Shown in pieces: positions 12,727 through 23,544 of a stretch of 64,000 nucleotides of DNA. Source of the stretch: Bacteroidales bacterium. GTDB lineage: Bacteria > Bacteroidota > Bacteroidia > Bacteroidales > ML635J-15. The stretch covers positions 6,124-70,123 of the forward strand of contig DAOQYW010000007.1 of NCBI GenBank assembly GCA_035343375.1. The letters run 5' to 3'. A program made the translations under genes and the position numbers. The notes beneath the pieces were generated by a model. It was not told the DNA's origin, made no database searches, and was given only the letters and a program-made list of their open reading frames with translations. Within the stretch, counting starts at the first letter, position 1. Every line of letters starts with the position of its first letter.

Positions 12727-14010
12727 GTGGATTCGAAACCAAAGAAACAGTTTTTTAGTGGCATAATTGAAGCCCCGCCATCAAAAAGTCATGAACAACG
12801 TATTATGGCAGCAGGTTTACTGTCACAGGCAGGTTGTGTAATTGAAAATTTCGGCACATCTGATGATGTATTAGCAGCACGCGAAATTATCTCACAATTG
12901 GGGGCAGTTGTTGTTTTTGACAATGATAAATTAGTTATCAGAAAAAGCATAGTAAAAATAGGAAACTTAAATAAAGAATATATATTAAATTGCAGAGAAT
13001 CAGCCCTTTGTGCAAGATTGTTTACTCCGATAGCCTGCTTATTTAATAATCCTTTTACTGTAGTTGGAAGCGGGACTTTATTAAAAAGAACTGTTGCAGA
13101 CAATTTTACAATTTTACGTCAAATGGGCTGTGAGTATGAGTCAATGGATGGAAAGTTACCTGTTTATTTTAAGAGTGCATTTTTAAAAAGTGGTGAGTAT
13201 AAAATTGATGGGAGCAGTTCTTCACAGTTTATTTCAGGTCTTATAATGTCATTACCTCTTGAAAAAGGAGACTCAAAACTAATAATATCAAACCCTGTAA
13301 GTATAAATTACATTTTGATGACTATTGAAGTAATTGCAAGTTTTGGTGTAAATATTAATTATAGAACTGACAATCAAACAGATTTAATTATTGATATTCC
13401 GGGAAATCAAACTTATAAATCAAAACGTATTTACACAATTGAAGGAGATTGGAGTGGGATTGCAAATATTTGTGTAGCTGCAGCTGTTAATGGAAAAATA
13501 GGAGTAAAGGGACTTAATAAAAGCTCTTTACAGCCTGACAAAGATATTTTAAAAGTTTTTGACCTCGCAGGGGTGAATTATTATTGGGAAAACGATAACC
13601 TGATAGTTGAAAAATCTGAAATAAAAGCTTTTGACTTTAATGCTGTAAATTGCCCTGATTTAATTCCTGCTATTACAGTACTGGCAGCTTTTGCTAATGG
13701 AGAATCTCATATTTACGGAGCATCCAGGCTCAAGTCCAAAGAGAGCTCAAGGGCAGAGGTTTTGCAAAACGAATTAAAAAAGGCAAATCTAAATATCAGA
13801 TTTAAAGATGATTTGATTCAGATTATTGGAAAGGGTAAATACAGTTTTGCAGAGTTTGATTCGCATGATGACCACCGTATTGCAATGGCTTTGACAGTTT
13901 TCGGAATGTTATCCGAAAATGGAGCAAGACTTGAAAATCGTCACTGTGTTTCAAAATCATATCCCGATTTCTTTGAGGATTTAAAAAAGATTACCGTTGA
14001 TAGTAATTAA
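12727..14010 (+). CDS. aroA: 3-phosphoshikimate 1-carboxyvinyltransferase (EPSP synthase)
   Basis: PPSKSHEQR, SSQFISGLIM, CPDLIP, KESSR, DDHRIAM and VSKSYPDFF motifs; GTG start. Confidence 0.93.
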   Translation: MDSKPKKQFFSGIIEAPPSKSHEQRIMAAGLLSQAGCVIENFGTSDDVLAAREIISQLGAVVVFDNDKLVIRKSIVKIGNLNKEYILNCRESALCARLFTPIACLFNNPFTVVGSGTLLKRTVADNFTILRQMGCEYESMDGKLPVYFKSAFLKSGEYKIDGSSSSQFISGLIMSLPLEKGDSKLIISNPVSINYILMTIEVIASFGVNINYRTDNQTDLIIDIPGNQTYKSKRIYTIEGDWSGIANICVAAAVNGKIGVKGLNKSSLQPDKDILKVFDLAGVNYYWENDNLIVEKSEIKAFDFNAVNCPDLIPAITVLAAFANGESHIYGASRLKSKESSRAEVLQNELKKANLNIRFKDDLIQIIGKGKYSFAEFDSHDDHRIAMALTVFGMLSENGARLENRHCVSKSYPDFFEDLKKITVDSN

Positions 14011-14076
14011 AATATAGTCTTTAGTTTTATATCTAATTAGTTTATTTTATTTTTGTGAATATCAGTATTATTTAAT

Positions 14077-15057
14077 ATGGCAAGAACAGCAAAGAATTCG
14101 ACAATAATCTATTTAATTTATAATTCCAAATTTGTTAGAAATATTTACCGAATATTTTCGCCCTTAAAGGCAAAGCGGTTGGACTTTTATGATAATTTCT
14201 TGCGTGACTATATTTATAATTATTATACTGCATCAAGTCTTTCGGAAAAGCGATTCTATAATATCGGCGCAGGTAATCAAAGAAGTAGTTTTGATTTTTG
14301 GACATATATAGACCTTGATACCGATCACTATAGTAAATCAGGAATTGATATTAATTACGATTTGGAATCGTTAAAGCCGTTGCCATTGGAGGACAACTCT
14401 GCAGAAATTGTTTTTAACTCATTTGTGATTGAACATATTTCTGTTGAAGCTACTAAGAATTTGTGCAAAGAAGCTTATCGTGTTTTAAAAAATGGTGGAG
14501 TTTTTCATTCGAAGGTTCATTGTTACGATTACAGCTACAAATTGTTAAAAAAAGGCTTGATCTCTCCAAAAGTCCCCTTCGAATGCAGGGAGAGTAACGA
14601 TTTGATAGAGGCATTTATTAAAAAACACAATGGAAAAGTTAGAGCCTTTTTCAATGAATCGCATGAATATGTTTTTGAGAGTATAAAAGATAAGGAAGAC
14701 AGGATTGTATTTTCTCCAGGAAATGCATTTTTATATCACAACGCAGATGCCGCAGTTGATAATATTTGTGCAATGAATGGTGGTGCTGATGCTGTGTTAA
14801 ATTCAATCGAAGCAGAAAATGCTGAACAGTTTTACGCTTTTATCAGAGAAAATTATGTTGATCATTCTAAAAAACAGTCTTATCAACACAATGCAGATTA
14901 TTTCTCTAAAGAAGATTTGTTAAATTATATCAAAGATTTAGGATTTTCAGACGTTTATTTCACTCAACCTTTTCAAAGTATTAGTCCTGCTTTATGGGAA
15001 GAGAGCCTAAATAATATTCATAAAGGCTTTACATTTTCTATTGAGGCAGTTAAATAA
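14077..15057 (+). CDS. Class I SAM-dependent methyltransferase domain protein
   Basis: YNIGAG motif I; D-rich motif II; PLPLEDNSAEIVFNSFVIEH; EAYRVLKNGG. Confidence 0.75.
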   Translation: MARTAKNSTIIYLIYNSKFVRNIYRIFSPLKAKRLDFYDNFLRDYIYNYYTASSLSEKRFYNIGAGNQRSSFDFWTYIDLDTDHYSKSGIDINYDLESLKPLPLEDNSAEIVFNSFVIEHISVEATKNLCKEAYRVLKNGGVFHSKVHCYDYSYKLLKKGLISPKVPFECRESNDLIEAFIKKHNGKVRAFFNESHEYVFESIKDKEDRIVFSPGNAFLYHNADAAVDNICAMNGGADAVLNSIEAENAEQFYAFIRENYVDHSKKQSYQHNADYFSKEDLLNYIKDLGFSDVYFTQPFQSISPALWEESLNNIHKGFTFSIEAVK

Positions 15058-15087
15058 TTTATAAATTTGTAATAAATCCGTTTAACT

Positions 15088-16059
15088 ATGAACTCATTTG
15101 GCAGAATTTTCAGGATAAACATTTATGGCGAATCTCATGGCTATGAGATAGGAGTTATTATTGATGGCTGTCCGGCGGGGATTAGTTTACATGAGTCAGA
15201 TTTTATTACTGACATTTCGAGACGTAAATCCGGCACAGAAGGCACAACAGCACGTTTCGAAAACGATACAGCATCAATAAAAAGCGGAGTGTATAAGGGA
15301 TTCACAACAGGAGCCCCCATTTTGATTTCGTTCACAAATGAGGACATTAAAACCGAGGATTATAATTTTGATGGTTTTTTCCGTCCCGGACATGCTGACT
15401 TTACTGCTTATAAAAAATACAATGGATACAATGATCCATCAGGAGCCGGACATTTTTCGGGTAGGCTGACTTTAGCTTTGGTGGCAGCAGGTTGCGTAGC
15501 GAAAAAAGTAATTTCTGATGTTCATATTTCAGCAAATTTGATAAGTGTCGGTGGGGAAAGTGATATATTGGCTTCAGTTAATAAAATTAGGAATGAAGAA
15601 GATTCTGCTGGAGGGATTATTGAATGTCGTATGAATAATCTGCCGGTTGGTTTGGGCGAACCTTTTTTTGACAGTGTAGAATCTTTAATTTCACATGCGA
15701 TTTTTTCCATTCCTGGAGCAAAAGCAATAGAATTTGGTGAAGGAATAAAATCTTCATCAATGAAAGGATCTGAGTTTAATGATGTTTATACTGATATATA
15801 CGGTAAAACCCATACAAATAACTGTGGAGGAATAAACGGAGGCATTACTAACGGAAACGAATTGTATTTCAGAGTCTTTTTTAAACCTGCCTCAAGTATT
15901 GGTAAATCTCAAAAGTCATTTAATTTTAATTCTCACAAAATCGAAGAATTTAAAATTGAAGGACGACATGACAGTTGTTATGTTTTACGAACTCCTGTAA
16001 TTGTCGAAGCTATTGCAGCAGTCGTTATGGCAGATTTAAAACTAATAGCGGGACTGTAG
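15088..16059 (+). CDS. aroC: Chorismate synthase
   Basis: GESHG, RPGHAD, FSGRLT, TNNCGGINGGITNG, FKPASSI and GRHDSC motifs. Confidence 0.95.
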   Translation: MNSFGRIFRINIYGESHGYEIGVIIDGCPAGISLHESDFITDISRRKSGTEGTTARFENDTASIKSGVYKGFTTGAPILISFTNEDIKTEDYNFDGFFRPGHADFTAYKKYNGYNDPSGAGHFSGRLTLALVAAGCVAKKVISDVHISANLISVGGESDILASVNKIRNEEDSAGGIIECRMNNLPVGLGEPFFDSVESLISHAIFSIPGAKAIEFGEGIKSSSMKGSEFNDVYTDIYGKTHTNNCGGINGGITNGNELYFRVFFKPASSIGKSQKSFNFNSHKIEEFKIEGRHDSCYVLRTPVIVEAIAAVVMADLKLIAGL

Positions 16060-16060
16060 C

Positions 16061-18883
16061 ATGAAAAGTTTTATTGAAGAAGTTTCTAAAAATATTCTAA
16101 ACGAAAGTAATAATCTATCAGACCTAGAAATTATAGTGCCCAATCAGCGAACAGGATTATTCTTAAAAAAATCTTTGATTGAATTGGTTGATGAAGTTTG
16201 CTGGATGCCAAAGATTACTACTATTCAGAACGTTTTTCTTAATAATTCATCTTTGCATCAGGCAGAAGACTTATTATTGATATATAAGTTGTATAATGTT
16301 TTTGTCCGTTATACAAATAGCAATGAGAGTTTCGATGATTTTTATTATTGGGGCGAGATAATTCTTAACGATTTTGATGATATAGACAAATATCTTGTTG
16401 ATGCTTCAAAACTGTTCAGTACAATCAGAGATCTTAAGGAAATAGATAATAGATTTGACGGTTATCAGGAAGATGAAATAGAGATTATTAGAAGATTTTG
16501 GATACATATTAACGATTCTCGCTTAAGTATTCACAAACAAAAGTTTCTGGAGCTATGGCAAGCAATGTTTGATATTTATTCGAAATTCAGGGAAGAAATC
16601 CTCAAAGAGAATATAGCTTATCCGGGTCTTATTTACCGTACTGTTGCCGAAAATATTGAAAATTGTATTTTCGACAAAACAGAATATATTGTTGTCGGAT
16701 TTAACGCTCTTAATAAATGTGAGAAAAAACTGTTTGCCTACTTAAAGAGCAATAAGACAGTAAGGTTTTTTTGGGATGCGGATAAATATTATCTTGATAA
16801 TTCATTTCAAGAAGCCGGAAGGTTTTTAAGAGAGAATATAAAGAAATTTCCACCACACAAAAATATTGGAATAGTTAATAATATTAAGCCAATTAAAAAA
16901 AACATAGAAGTAATTACTGCTCCATCTCCGGTAAGTCAGGTAAAAATGCTTGAGGAAATTCTCCGAGAATGGAAAAAAGAAGAGGGTTTTAATCCCGAAA
17001 AAACCGCTATCGTTTTAGGTGACGAGAGTTTGTTAATTCCTTTGATTAGTTCTTTGCCGCCATATATTGAACCATATAATGTTTCGATGGGCTTTCCGGT
17101 TAAGAATTCTTCAGCTTACGGTTTTATTTACCATTTGGTATCGCTGCGTCGAAGAAGCCGACAGCAAGATGTTGTATGCAATTTTTATTTTAAGGATGTT
17201 CTGTCAATTATAAATCATAGTTTTATTAAGAATTTGTTTAATCAGGATGTTTGTGAACTCGAAAAGCAAATCAACACCGAAAAAATGATTTATATCGAAT
17301 CGCAGTTTTGCTTAAGAAATAAATTATTTACAGATTTATTTAAATCAGGGATTACTTCAATATCTGAAATAAGTCAATGGATTATGGAGATATGTTCTGA
17401 TATTCTTGATTTAATAAGTGTAAAGGATGATTTTGCTGTGGATTCAGAGTTCTTAAATAAAATATTGTCAAGAGTAAGTATTTTGAATGATAGTATAATT
17501 TCTGGTCAGGTAGATTTAAAACGTCCTGAAATATACTACAGATTATTACTTAATTCTGTACGCAGTTTGAGTGTGGCTTTTGAGGGAGAACCTTTACAAG
17601 GAATGCAAGTGCTTGGATTTTTAGAAACCCGCTGCCTTGATTTTGACAAAGTAATAATGATATCTGTTAATGAGGGTGTATTTCCAAAGAAATCAGCAGC
17701 ACAAAGCCTTATTCCTTATAATTTAAGAAGGTTTTATGAATTACCTTCTATAGAGTATCAGGATAGCATATTTGCATATTATTTTTACAGACTTTTACAG
17801 AGATCCAAAGATGTTAAGATTATCTATAGTGCTCAGGCCGGGGATGCAGGTTCTGAAGCCTCAAGGTTTATTTCTCAACTAAAGTATGAATCCGGCCAAA
17901 ATATTAAATTTAGAAATGACGGATATCAGATAAATATTTCACCATCAAAAAAGGTATTTGCCAAGAAAACAGAAAAAATAAATGCAAAAGTATTGGAAAT
18001 ACTCAAGAAAGGAATAAGTCCTAAGGCAATTAATGAATATTTAAACTGTCCTTTTAGGTTTTATTTAGACTATGTCGAAGAAATAAAAGAACCAAAAAAG
18101 TTAGAAGAGCAGGAAGATAGTGCTTTTTTTGGTAAACTTTTTCATGAAATAATGAAGGAGTTGTATGAGCCATATATTGGCAAAGTCCTGGATGACAACG
18201 ATTTTGATAGAATTTGTAAAAAATCAAATATTGAAAATGCAAAAGTACAGGCTTTAAAAAAAGTTTTTGGGTTAAAAACAAAAGTTGAAATAGAAAGATA
18301 TAATCAAAAACTGATAGTGGACATCGTTTTGAAATATGTTGACTCATTATTGAGTTATGACAGGCGAAGTTGTCCATTAACAATGATTAGTCTTGAAGAG
18401 CCTCATAATTATGTATTTAAATTTTCTGAGCCAGGGCAAAATGAGCAGTACGAAATAAAAATATCCGGTATTATTGACAGAGTTGATTTGCACAATGGTT
18501 TTTACCGTGTTTTTGACTACAAAACAGGTAAAATTATTCAAAAAGTAAAATCTCTTGAAATGTTGTTTGAGAAAGATCGTAAGACAGAACTGAATACAAT
18601 TACTCAGATATTACTTTATTCATTGATGATCTCTAACGATGAAAGTATATCGGTTTGCCCGGGTGCTGTAAATATTAATGAGCTATCCGAAGAATATAAT
18701 TATCATCTGATAATTGGAGATGTTGAATTGGAAAGGTTTGATAACTCTCAAGTTAAAGTTGATTTCCTGAAATTATTGGAACAAATGTTTTGTGATTTAA
18801 TTAAAAAAGAAGGTTATTTTAATCCAACAGAAAACATTAAAACCTGTGAATACTGCCCATACAAAAATATTTGTGACAAATGA
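16061..18883 (+). CDS. AddB/RexB-like PD-(D/E)XK nuclease family protein
   Basis: IIVPNQRTGLF, QVLGFLETRCLDFD, SRFISQL, GIIDRVD..VFDYKTG nuclease motif, and four Cys (LNCPF..CEYCPYKNIC) suited to an Fe-S staple. Confidence 0.85.
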   Translation: MKSFIEEVSKNILNESNNLSDLEIIVPNQRTGLFLKKSLIELVDEVCWMPKITTIQNVFLNNSSLHQAEDLLLIYKLYNVFVRYTNSNESFDDFYYWGEIILNDFDDIDKYLVDASKLFSTIRDLKEIDNRFDGYQEDEIEIIRRFWIHINDSRLSIHKQKFLELWQAMFDIYSKFREEILKENIAYPGLIYRTVAENIENCIFDKTEYIVVGFNALNKCEKKLFAYLKSNKTVRFFWDADKYYLDNSFQEAGRFLRENIKKFPPHKNIGIVNNIKPIKKNIEVITAPSPVSQVKMLEEILREWKKEEGFNPEKTAIVLGDESLLIPLISSLPPYIEPYNVSMGFPVKNSSAYGFIYHLVSLRRRSRQQDVVCNFYFKDVLSIINHSFIKNLFNQDVCELEKQINTEKMIYIESQFCLRNKLFTDLFKSGITSISEISQWIMEICSDILDLISVKDDFAVDSEFLNKILSRVSILNDSIISGQVDLKRPEIYYRLLLNSVRSLSVAFEGEPLQGMQVLGFLETRCLDFDKVIMISVNEGVFPKKSAAQSLIPYNLRRFYELPSIEYQDSIFAYYFYRLLQRSKDVKIIYSAQAGDAGSEASRFISQLKYESGQNIKFRNDGYQINISPSKKVFAKKTEKINAKVLEILKKGISPKAINEYLNCPFRFYLDYVEEIKEPKKLEEQEDSAFFGKLFHEIMKELYEPYIGKVLDDNDFDRICKKSNIENAKVQALKKVFGLKTKVEIERYNQKLIVDIVLKYVDSLLSYDRRSCPLTMISLEEPHNYVFKFSEPGQNEQYEIKISGIIDRVDLHNGFYRVFDYKTGKIIQKVKSLEMLFEKDRKTELNTITQILLYSLMISNDESISVCPGAVNINELSEEYNYHLIIGDVELERFDNSQVKVDFLKLLEQMFCDLIKKEGYFNPTENIKTCEYCPYKNICDK

Positions 18884-19057
18884 TATTTTAAATGATTAAT
18901 GACAAATTATATAATCAAATAATTCAGATCAGTAGGTTGGGTGATTCGGGAAAAGATTTCTTAAAAAAAAATGTACAACAAATTATCAAAATTTGGTTAT
19001 ATGAAAATATTTTTTTTAAATTGCATTAAAATTTATTAATCATTAAAAACTTAGCTT

Positions 19058-19627
19058 ATGAAAAAGAACATTTTATTATTAGGATTAGTAGTTGTATTTG
19101 CTTTAGCTTCATGTGGTGGAGGCAAGGATGAAAAGAAAGATGGCGAAAAAAAGCCTGTATGTGAAGTAGAAAATTCAATTGCAATCACAATTCAGGATTA
19201 TTATTATTCTATGAATGACACATTGGTTTATTCTACACCAAATTTTGAAGTTAAACACAGTGAGTATACATGGATAAACGATTCATCTGTTTCACTGAAG
19301 TTTTGCAATTATGATCCGAAAGAACTAGTTGGAGCAAGACAGGAAACTCAAATTGATTTGATTATTGAGCTTAATGCAAGACACGGTAAAAAACTTGAAC
19401 CCGGATATTATGGTTATAGAGATTATGAAACAGGTATGTGGGCAGGTGTTACCATGGCTACAGCATACGGAACCGTATGGTTCAATGGTAATAATCAAGG
19501 TGGAGTTACTGTTGAGTACATTGACAAGGATGCAATTTGCGGAACATTAAGTCTTAATGTTGAAAGTCCAGATAGTCCAATGATTGGTATTGTCAGGACA
19601 AACGGGACTTTTGTTTATAAAAAATAG
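19058..19627 (+). CDS. Hypothetical lipoprotein
   Basis: Lipobox FALASC followed by GGG and a charged linker. Confidence 0.75.
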   Translation: MKKNILLLGLVVVFALASCGGGKDEKKDGEKKPVCEVENSIAITIQDYYYSMNDTLVYSTPNFEVKHSEYTWINDSSVSLKFCNYDPKELVGARQETQIDLIIELNARHGKKLEPGYYGYRDYETGMWAGVTMATAYGTVWFNGNNQGGVTVEYIDKDAICGTLSLNVESPDSPMIGIVRTNGTFVYKK

Positions 19628-19643
19628 CGAAAGATTTAATATG

Positions 19644-19669
19644 AAAAAACCGGCTAGCCCGGTTTTTTT
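19644..19669. terminator. Bidirectional intrinsic terminator between convergent genes
   Basis: AAAAAACCGG-ctagc-CCGGTTTTTT. Confidence 0.85.
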
Positions 19670-19690
19670 ATTTGTAGTTAATGGAAATCA

Positions 19691-20212
19691 TTAGAATTGA
19701 ATCAAATCACCTTCCTTTATTTGATATTTATCACATAACCCACCATTAATTTCAACCACATACATTGCAGGAGCTTTGGATGGGAGAGAAGTGTCATCGA
19801 GGATATTGGTGTTTTTATAAATATCAACAATTTCTTTATCAGAATTCACGTAAATAATATCTAATGATATGATGGTGTTTCTCATATAAAATGATTGAAT
19901 TTCATCCTTATAAAACAAAAATATCATACCTTGGTTTTCTTCCATTTCAGGTCTGAACATTAGACCTCTTGCACGTTCCTCGTCTGTGCTGGCAATTTCA
20001 AGATCTATCTTAAATAATTCTTTGTTTGTTTCATTCTGCAAAAACCATAATTCTCCGTCTTTTCTGAATTTTGGAGGATTTTCAAAGCTGTAATTTATTG
20101 GTTTTAATTCTCCATTGTGTGTTTTAGGTCTGTCTTTTTTCTTATCATTGTTACATTGGATAGAAATTAAACTGATTAACAGTATTGAAAATATGAGAAG
20201 TCCTTTTTTCAT
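19691..20212 (-). CDS. DUF192 family (lipo)protein
   Basis: LEIAST..ERARGLMFR, GMIFLF, FYMRNT..SLDIIY and YVVEINGG; lipobox-like LISIQC. Confidence 0.88.
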   Translation of the reverse strand: MKKGLLIFSILLISLISIQCNNDKKKDRPKTHNGELKPINYSFENPPKFRKDGELWFLQNETNKELFKIDLEIASTDEERARGLMFRPEMEENQGMIFLFYKDEIQSFYMRNTIISLDIIYVNSDKEIVDIYKNTNILDDTSLPSKAPAMYVVEINGGLCDKYQIKEGDLIQF

Positions 20213-20225
20213 TTATTGATTATAT

Positions 20226-22046
20226 TTAGCTTAATTGTAAATTATGTAGTTTGTAATAAACGCCTTTCTTTTTAAGTAGTTCGTCATGTCTTCCAGTTTC
20301 AACAATTTTACCTTCGTGCATAACGCAAATAAGATCAGCATTTTTTATTGTTGACAAACGATGTGCAATAACAATTGAAGTCCGGCTTTTCATTAGATTT
20401 TCAAGAGCTTCCTGCACTAGCTTTTCTGATTCAGTATCAAGTGACGAAGTAGCTTCATCAAGGATAAGTATTGGCGGATTTTTGAGAACTGCTCTAGCAA
20501 TACTTAGCCTTTGTTTTTGTCCTCCCGACAGTTTGCAGCCACTATCTCCAATATTAGAATTATATGAGTTTTCTATTTCACAAATAAAATCATGAGCATT
20601 TGCAACTCTGGCAGCTTCTATAACTTCTGTTTCTCCGGCATTAGCTTTTCCGAATGCAATGTTGTTAAATATACTATCATTAAAGAGGATAGGAGTTTGA
20701 TTAACATATCCTATCAGGTTTCTTATATCAGAAAGTTTAAAATCTTTGACGTTTTTTCCATCGATAATTATTTCACCTGAATTTATATCATAAAAACGAG
20801 GTATCAAATCAACCAAAGTTGACTTTCCCGATCCGCTTTGGCCGACTAATGCGACTGTCTGTCCCTTCTTTACTTTTATATTTATATCATTTAATACAGG
20901 GTGGTCAGAATAAGAGAAACAGACATTTTTAAATTCGATTGAATCAGAGAAATTATCTATTCTTTCTGCACCTTGTTTTTCAACAATAGGATTGGGTGCT
21001 ACTAAAATATCGTTTATTCTGTCCACCGAAGCCATAGCTTTCTTTATGTTATACCAAGATGATGATAAAGTTTTGGCTGGAGCAATTATCTGACTGAAAA
21101 TAACAAGATAACCTATTAAAGCCTGAGATGACATTTGAGTGTTATCTCCCAAAATCATAGTGCCTCCATACCACATTATTACAACAACAGCAGTCGTAGC
21201 AAGAAATTCACTAAGAGGGCTGGCAAGGAATCTTTTACGATTTATTTTGTTCATTAAACTCGTATATTCCTCGTTTGTCTTTTTAAATCTGCCTGATATG
21301 TGGTTTTCTGCATTAAATGCTTTAACAATTCTTAATCCGCCAATCATTTCATCAATTTGGGTCATTATATTACCCATTTGTTTCTGACCAATCATTGAGG
21401 TTTTGCGTAATGACTTTCCGGCTAATCCAATTAAAAGTCCTACAACCGGTAACAGAATTAAAACAAAAATAGTTAGCTGCCAACTAAGAAATACCATAGC
21501 CCCTAGAAACATTATTATTTTAATCGGATCACGAAAAATCATTTCTAAAGAACTCATTATTCCCCATTCAATTTCCTGAACATCACTAGTCATTCTCGAA
21601 ATAATGTTTCCTTTTTTCTCATCTGAAAAATAACTTATAGGTAAACTGATAGCTTTATCAAATAACTTGTTGCGAATATCCCTTACAACACCATTTCTTA
21701 TGGGAACCATAAAATGGTTGGCTAGATACATCGTTGCGGTTTTAAAAAGTGTTGCAATGATTACAATTATTCCTATACTAAGCAAAGCTTGAAATTCACC
21801 ATTATCAATAATTATCTTACTTAGCCAGTAGTTAAAATTGTATTGTATATTTGATATACTGGTAATGTCTAAAGGTATTTTTTCTGTTATTAAAGATTGA
21901 GTTTTGAACAATATTCCTAAAAAAGGAATTGCCAAAGCAAAAGAAAACAAACTGAAAATCGTAGATAAAATATTAAAAAATACGTTTAGTAAAGCGTATG
22001 ATTTATAGGGAATAATATATTTTAATATTTTTAAAAAATCTTTCAT
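20226..22046 (-). CDS. MsbA-like ABC exporter (fused permease/ATPase)
   Basis: Transmembrane ABC domain; GQSGSGKST, LSGGQKQR and ILDEATSSLD motifs. Confidence 0.92.
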   Translation of the reverse strand: MKDFLKILKYIIPYKSYALLNVFFNILSTIFSLFSFALAIPFLGILFKTQSLITEKIPLDITSISNIQYNFNYWLSKIIIDNGEFQALLSIGIIVIIATLFKTATMYLANHFMVPIRNGVVRDIRNKLFDKAISLPISYFSDEKKGNIISRMTSDVQEIEWGIMSSLEMIFRDPIKIIMFLGAMVFLSWQLTIFVLILLPVVGLLIGLAGKSLRKTSMIGQKQMGNIMTQIDEMIGGLRIVKAFNAENHISGRFKKTNEEYTSLMNKINRKRFLASPLSEFLATTAVVVIMWYGGTMILGDNTQMSSQALIGYLVIFSQIIAPAKTLSSSWYNIKKAMASVDRINDILVAPNPIVEKQGAERIDNFSDSIEFKNVCFSYSDHPVLNDINIKVKKGQTVALVGQSGSGKSTLVDLIPRFYDINSGEIIIDGKNVKDFKLSDIRNLIGYVNQTPILFNDSIFNNIAFGKANAGETEVIEAARVANAHDFICEIENSYNSNIGDSGCKLSGGQKQRLSIARAVLKNPPILILDEATSSLDTESEKLVQEALENLMKSRTSIVIAHRLSTIKNADLICVMHEGKIVETGRHDELLKKKGVYYKLHNLQLS

Positions 22047-22076
22047 AAAAAGGAGAACTCTAAATTTAAAAATTTA

Positions 22077-23420
22077 TTATAATCCGGTGTAATTAAATGG
22101 TGTTATTGATTTAAGTTCAGCTTTAATTTCATCAGAGATGTTTAATGAATCAATAAATTGTGTCATTATACTCTGAGTAATTTTTTTATTTGTTCTTGTC
22201 AATTGTTTCAACGTTTCGTAAGGATCCGGGTAATTTTCGCGTCTGAGAATTGTTTGTATTGCTTCTGCTATAACCATCCAGTTATTGTCGAGATCTGCAT
22301 CGATTTTTTCTTTATTAAGTAAAAGTTTAGAAATTCCTTTTTTGATTGATTCAAATGCAATAATTGTATATGCAAATGGCAATCCAATATTGCGGAGTAC
22401 AGTTGAATCGGTAAGGTCACGCTGTAATCTACTGACAGGCAATTTGTTAGCTAAGTGTCCCGATATTGCCATAGCCATTCCTAGATTCCCTTCCGCATTT
22501 TCAAAATCGATAGGGTTTACTTTATGTGGCATTGCACTGGAGCCAACTTCATTTTTATTAATTTTTTGCTTGAAGTAGTCCATTGAAATATAAGCCCAAA
22601 TATCTTTACAGAAATCAGTAAGAATATTGTTGATTCTTGCCATACATTGCAAAAGAGCAGCTAAATTGTCATAATGCTCTATTTGAGTAGTCGGAAAACT
22701 TCTGTGAAGGCCAAGATAGTTATTTACAAAATGATAACCGAAATTATCCCAGTCAATATCAGGATAACTAATAACATGAGCATTAAAATTTCCCGTGGCT
22801 CCACCAAATTTAGAACTAAATGGTATTTGGTCCATTTGGGTCATTTGTTCTTTTATTCTTGCCGAGAAAACCTGAATTTCTTTTCCGAGACGGGTAGGAG
22901 AAGCAGGTTGTCCATGTGTTCTGGCAAGCATCGAAATATCTTTCCATTCGTTGCTGAGGTTGTCGAGTATTTCAACAATCTCAAAAAGGGCAGGAGAGTA
23001 AATTTCATTCATACAATCTTTAATACTTAATGGTATTGCAGTATTGTTTATGTCTTGGGAAGTTAAACCAAAGTGTATAAATTCCTTATATGCTGATAAA
23101 TTCAGTTTATCAAATTTTTCTTTCAAAAAGTACTCAACAGCTTTTACATCGTGATTTGTTATTTTTTCAATTTCTTTAATCCTCTGAGCATCTTCTCCAC
23201 TAAACTCATTATATATATCGCGTAATAAACCAAAATCAGGTTTGAAAAAATTCTTTAGTTGAGGAAGAGGGATTTCACATAAAGAAATGAAATATTCAAT
23301 TTCCACTTCAACTCTATATTTTATTAAAGCATATTCTGAAAAATAATTACGTAAAACTTCTGTCTTACTTAAATATCTGCCGTCAACCGGGCTTATTGCG
23401 AATAGATTTTCTGAAATCAT
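22077..23420 (-). CDS. purB: Adenylosuccinate lyase
   Basis: SPVDGRY, TNHDVKAVEY, HFGLTSQD, RTHGQPA, SSAMPHKVNPIDFEN and SRLQRDLTDST motifs. Confidence 0.97.
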   Translation of the reverse strand: MISENLFAISPVDGRYLSKTEVLRNYFSEYALIKYRVEVEIEYFISLCEIPLPQLKNFFKPDFGLLRDIYNEFSGEDAQRIKEIEKITNHDVKAVEYFLKEKFDKLNLSAYKEFIHFGLTSQDINNTAIPLSIKDCMNEIYSPALFEIVEILDNLSNEWKDISMLARTHGQPASPTRLGKEIQVFSARIKEQMTQMDQIPFSSKFGGATGNFNAHVISYPDIDWDNFGYHFVNNYLGLHRSFPTTQIEHYDNLAALLQCMARINNILTDFCKDIWAYISMDYFKQKINKNEVGSSAMPHKVNPIDFENAEGNLGMAMAISGHLANKLPVSRLQRDLTDSTVLRNIGLPFAYTIIAFESIKKGISKLLLNKEKIDADLDNNWMVIAEAIQTILRRENYPDPYETLKQLTRTNKKITQSIMTQFIDSLNISDEIKAELKSITPFNYTGL

Positions 23421-23490
23421 AATTCTCGGAATTTTTATATGTCAAAGTTATTAAAACTTACTGAATTATCAAATTGCTAAAATAATTAAT

Positions 23491-23525
23491 AAAAAAAAAA
23501 GCTACCCGTAAATCGGATAGCTTTT
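23491..23525 (-). terminator. Intrinsic terminator after the DUF2723 gene
   Basis: A10 run then AAAAGCTACCCG-taaat-CGGATAGCTTTT. Confidence 0.75.
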
Positions 23526-23544
23526 ACAGTTTAAGCGTTATAAT

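Noticed and set aside
16061-18883. Cas4-like or defence nuclease
   Set aside because: The 940-aa length, inactive helicase-like N-terminus and C-terminal nuclease with Fe-S cysteines fit an AddB-like repair subunit; there is no defence or CRISPR context.
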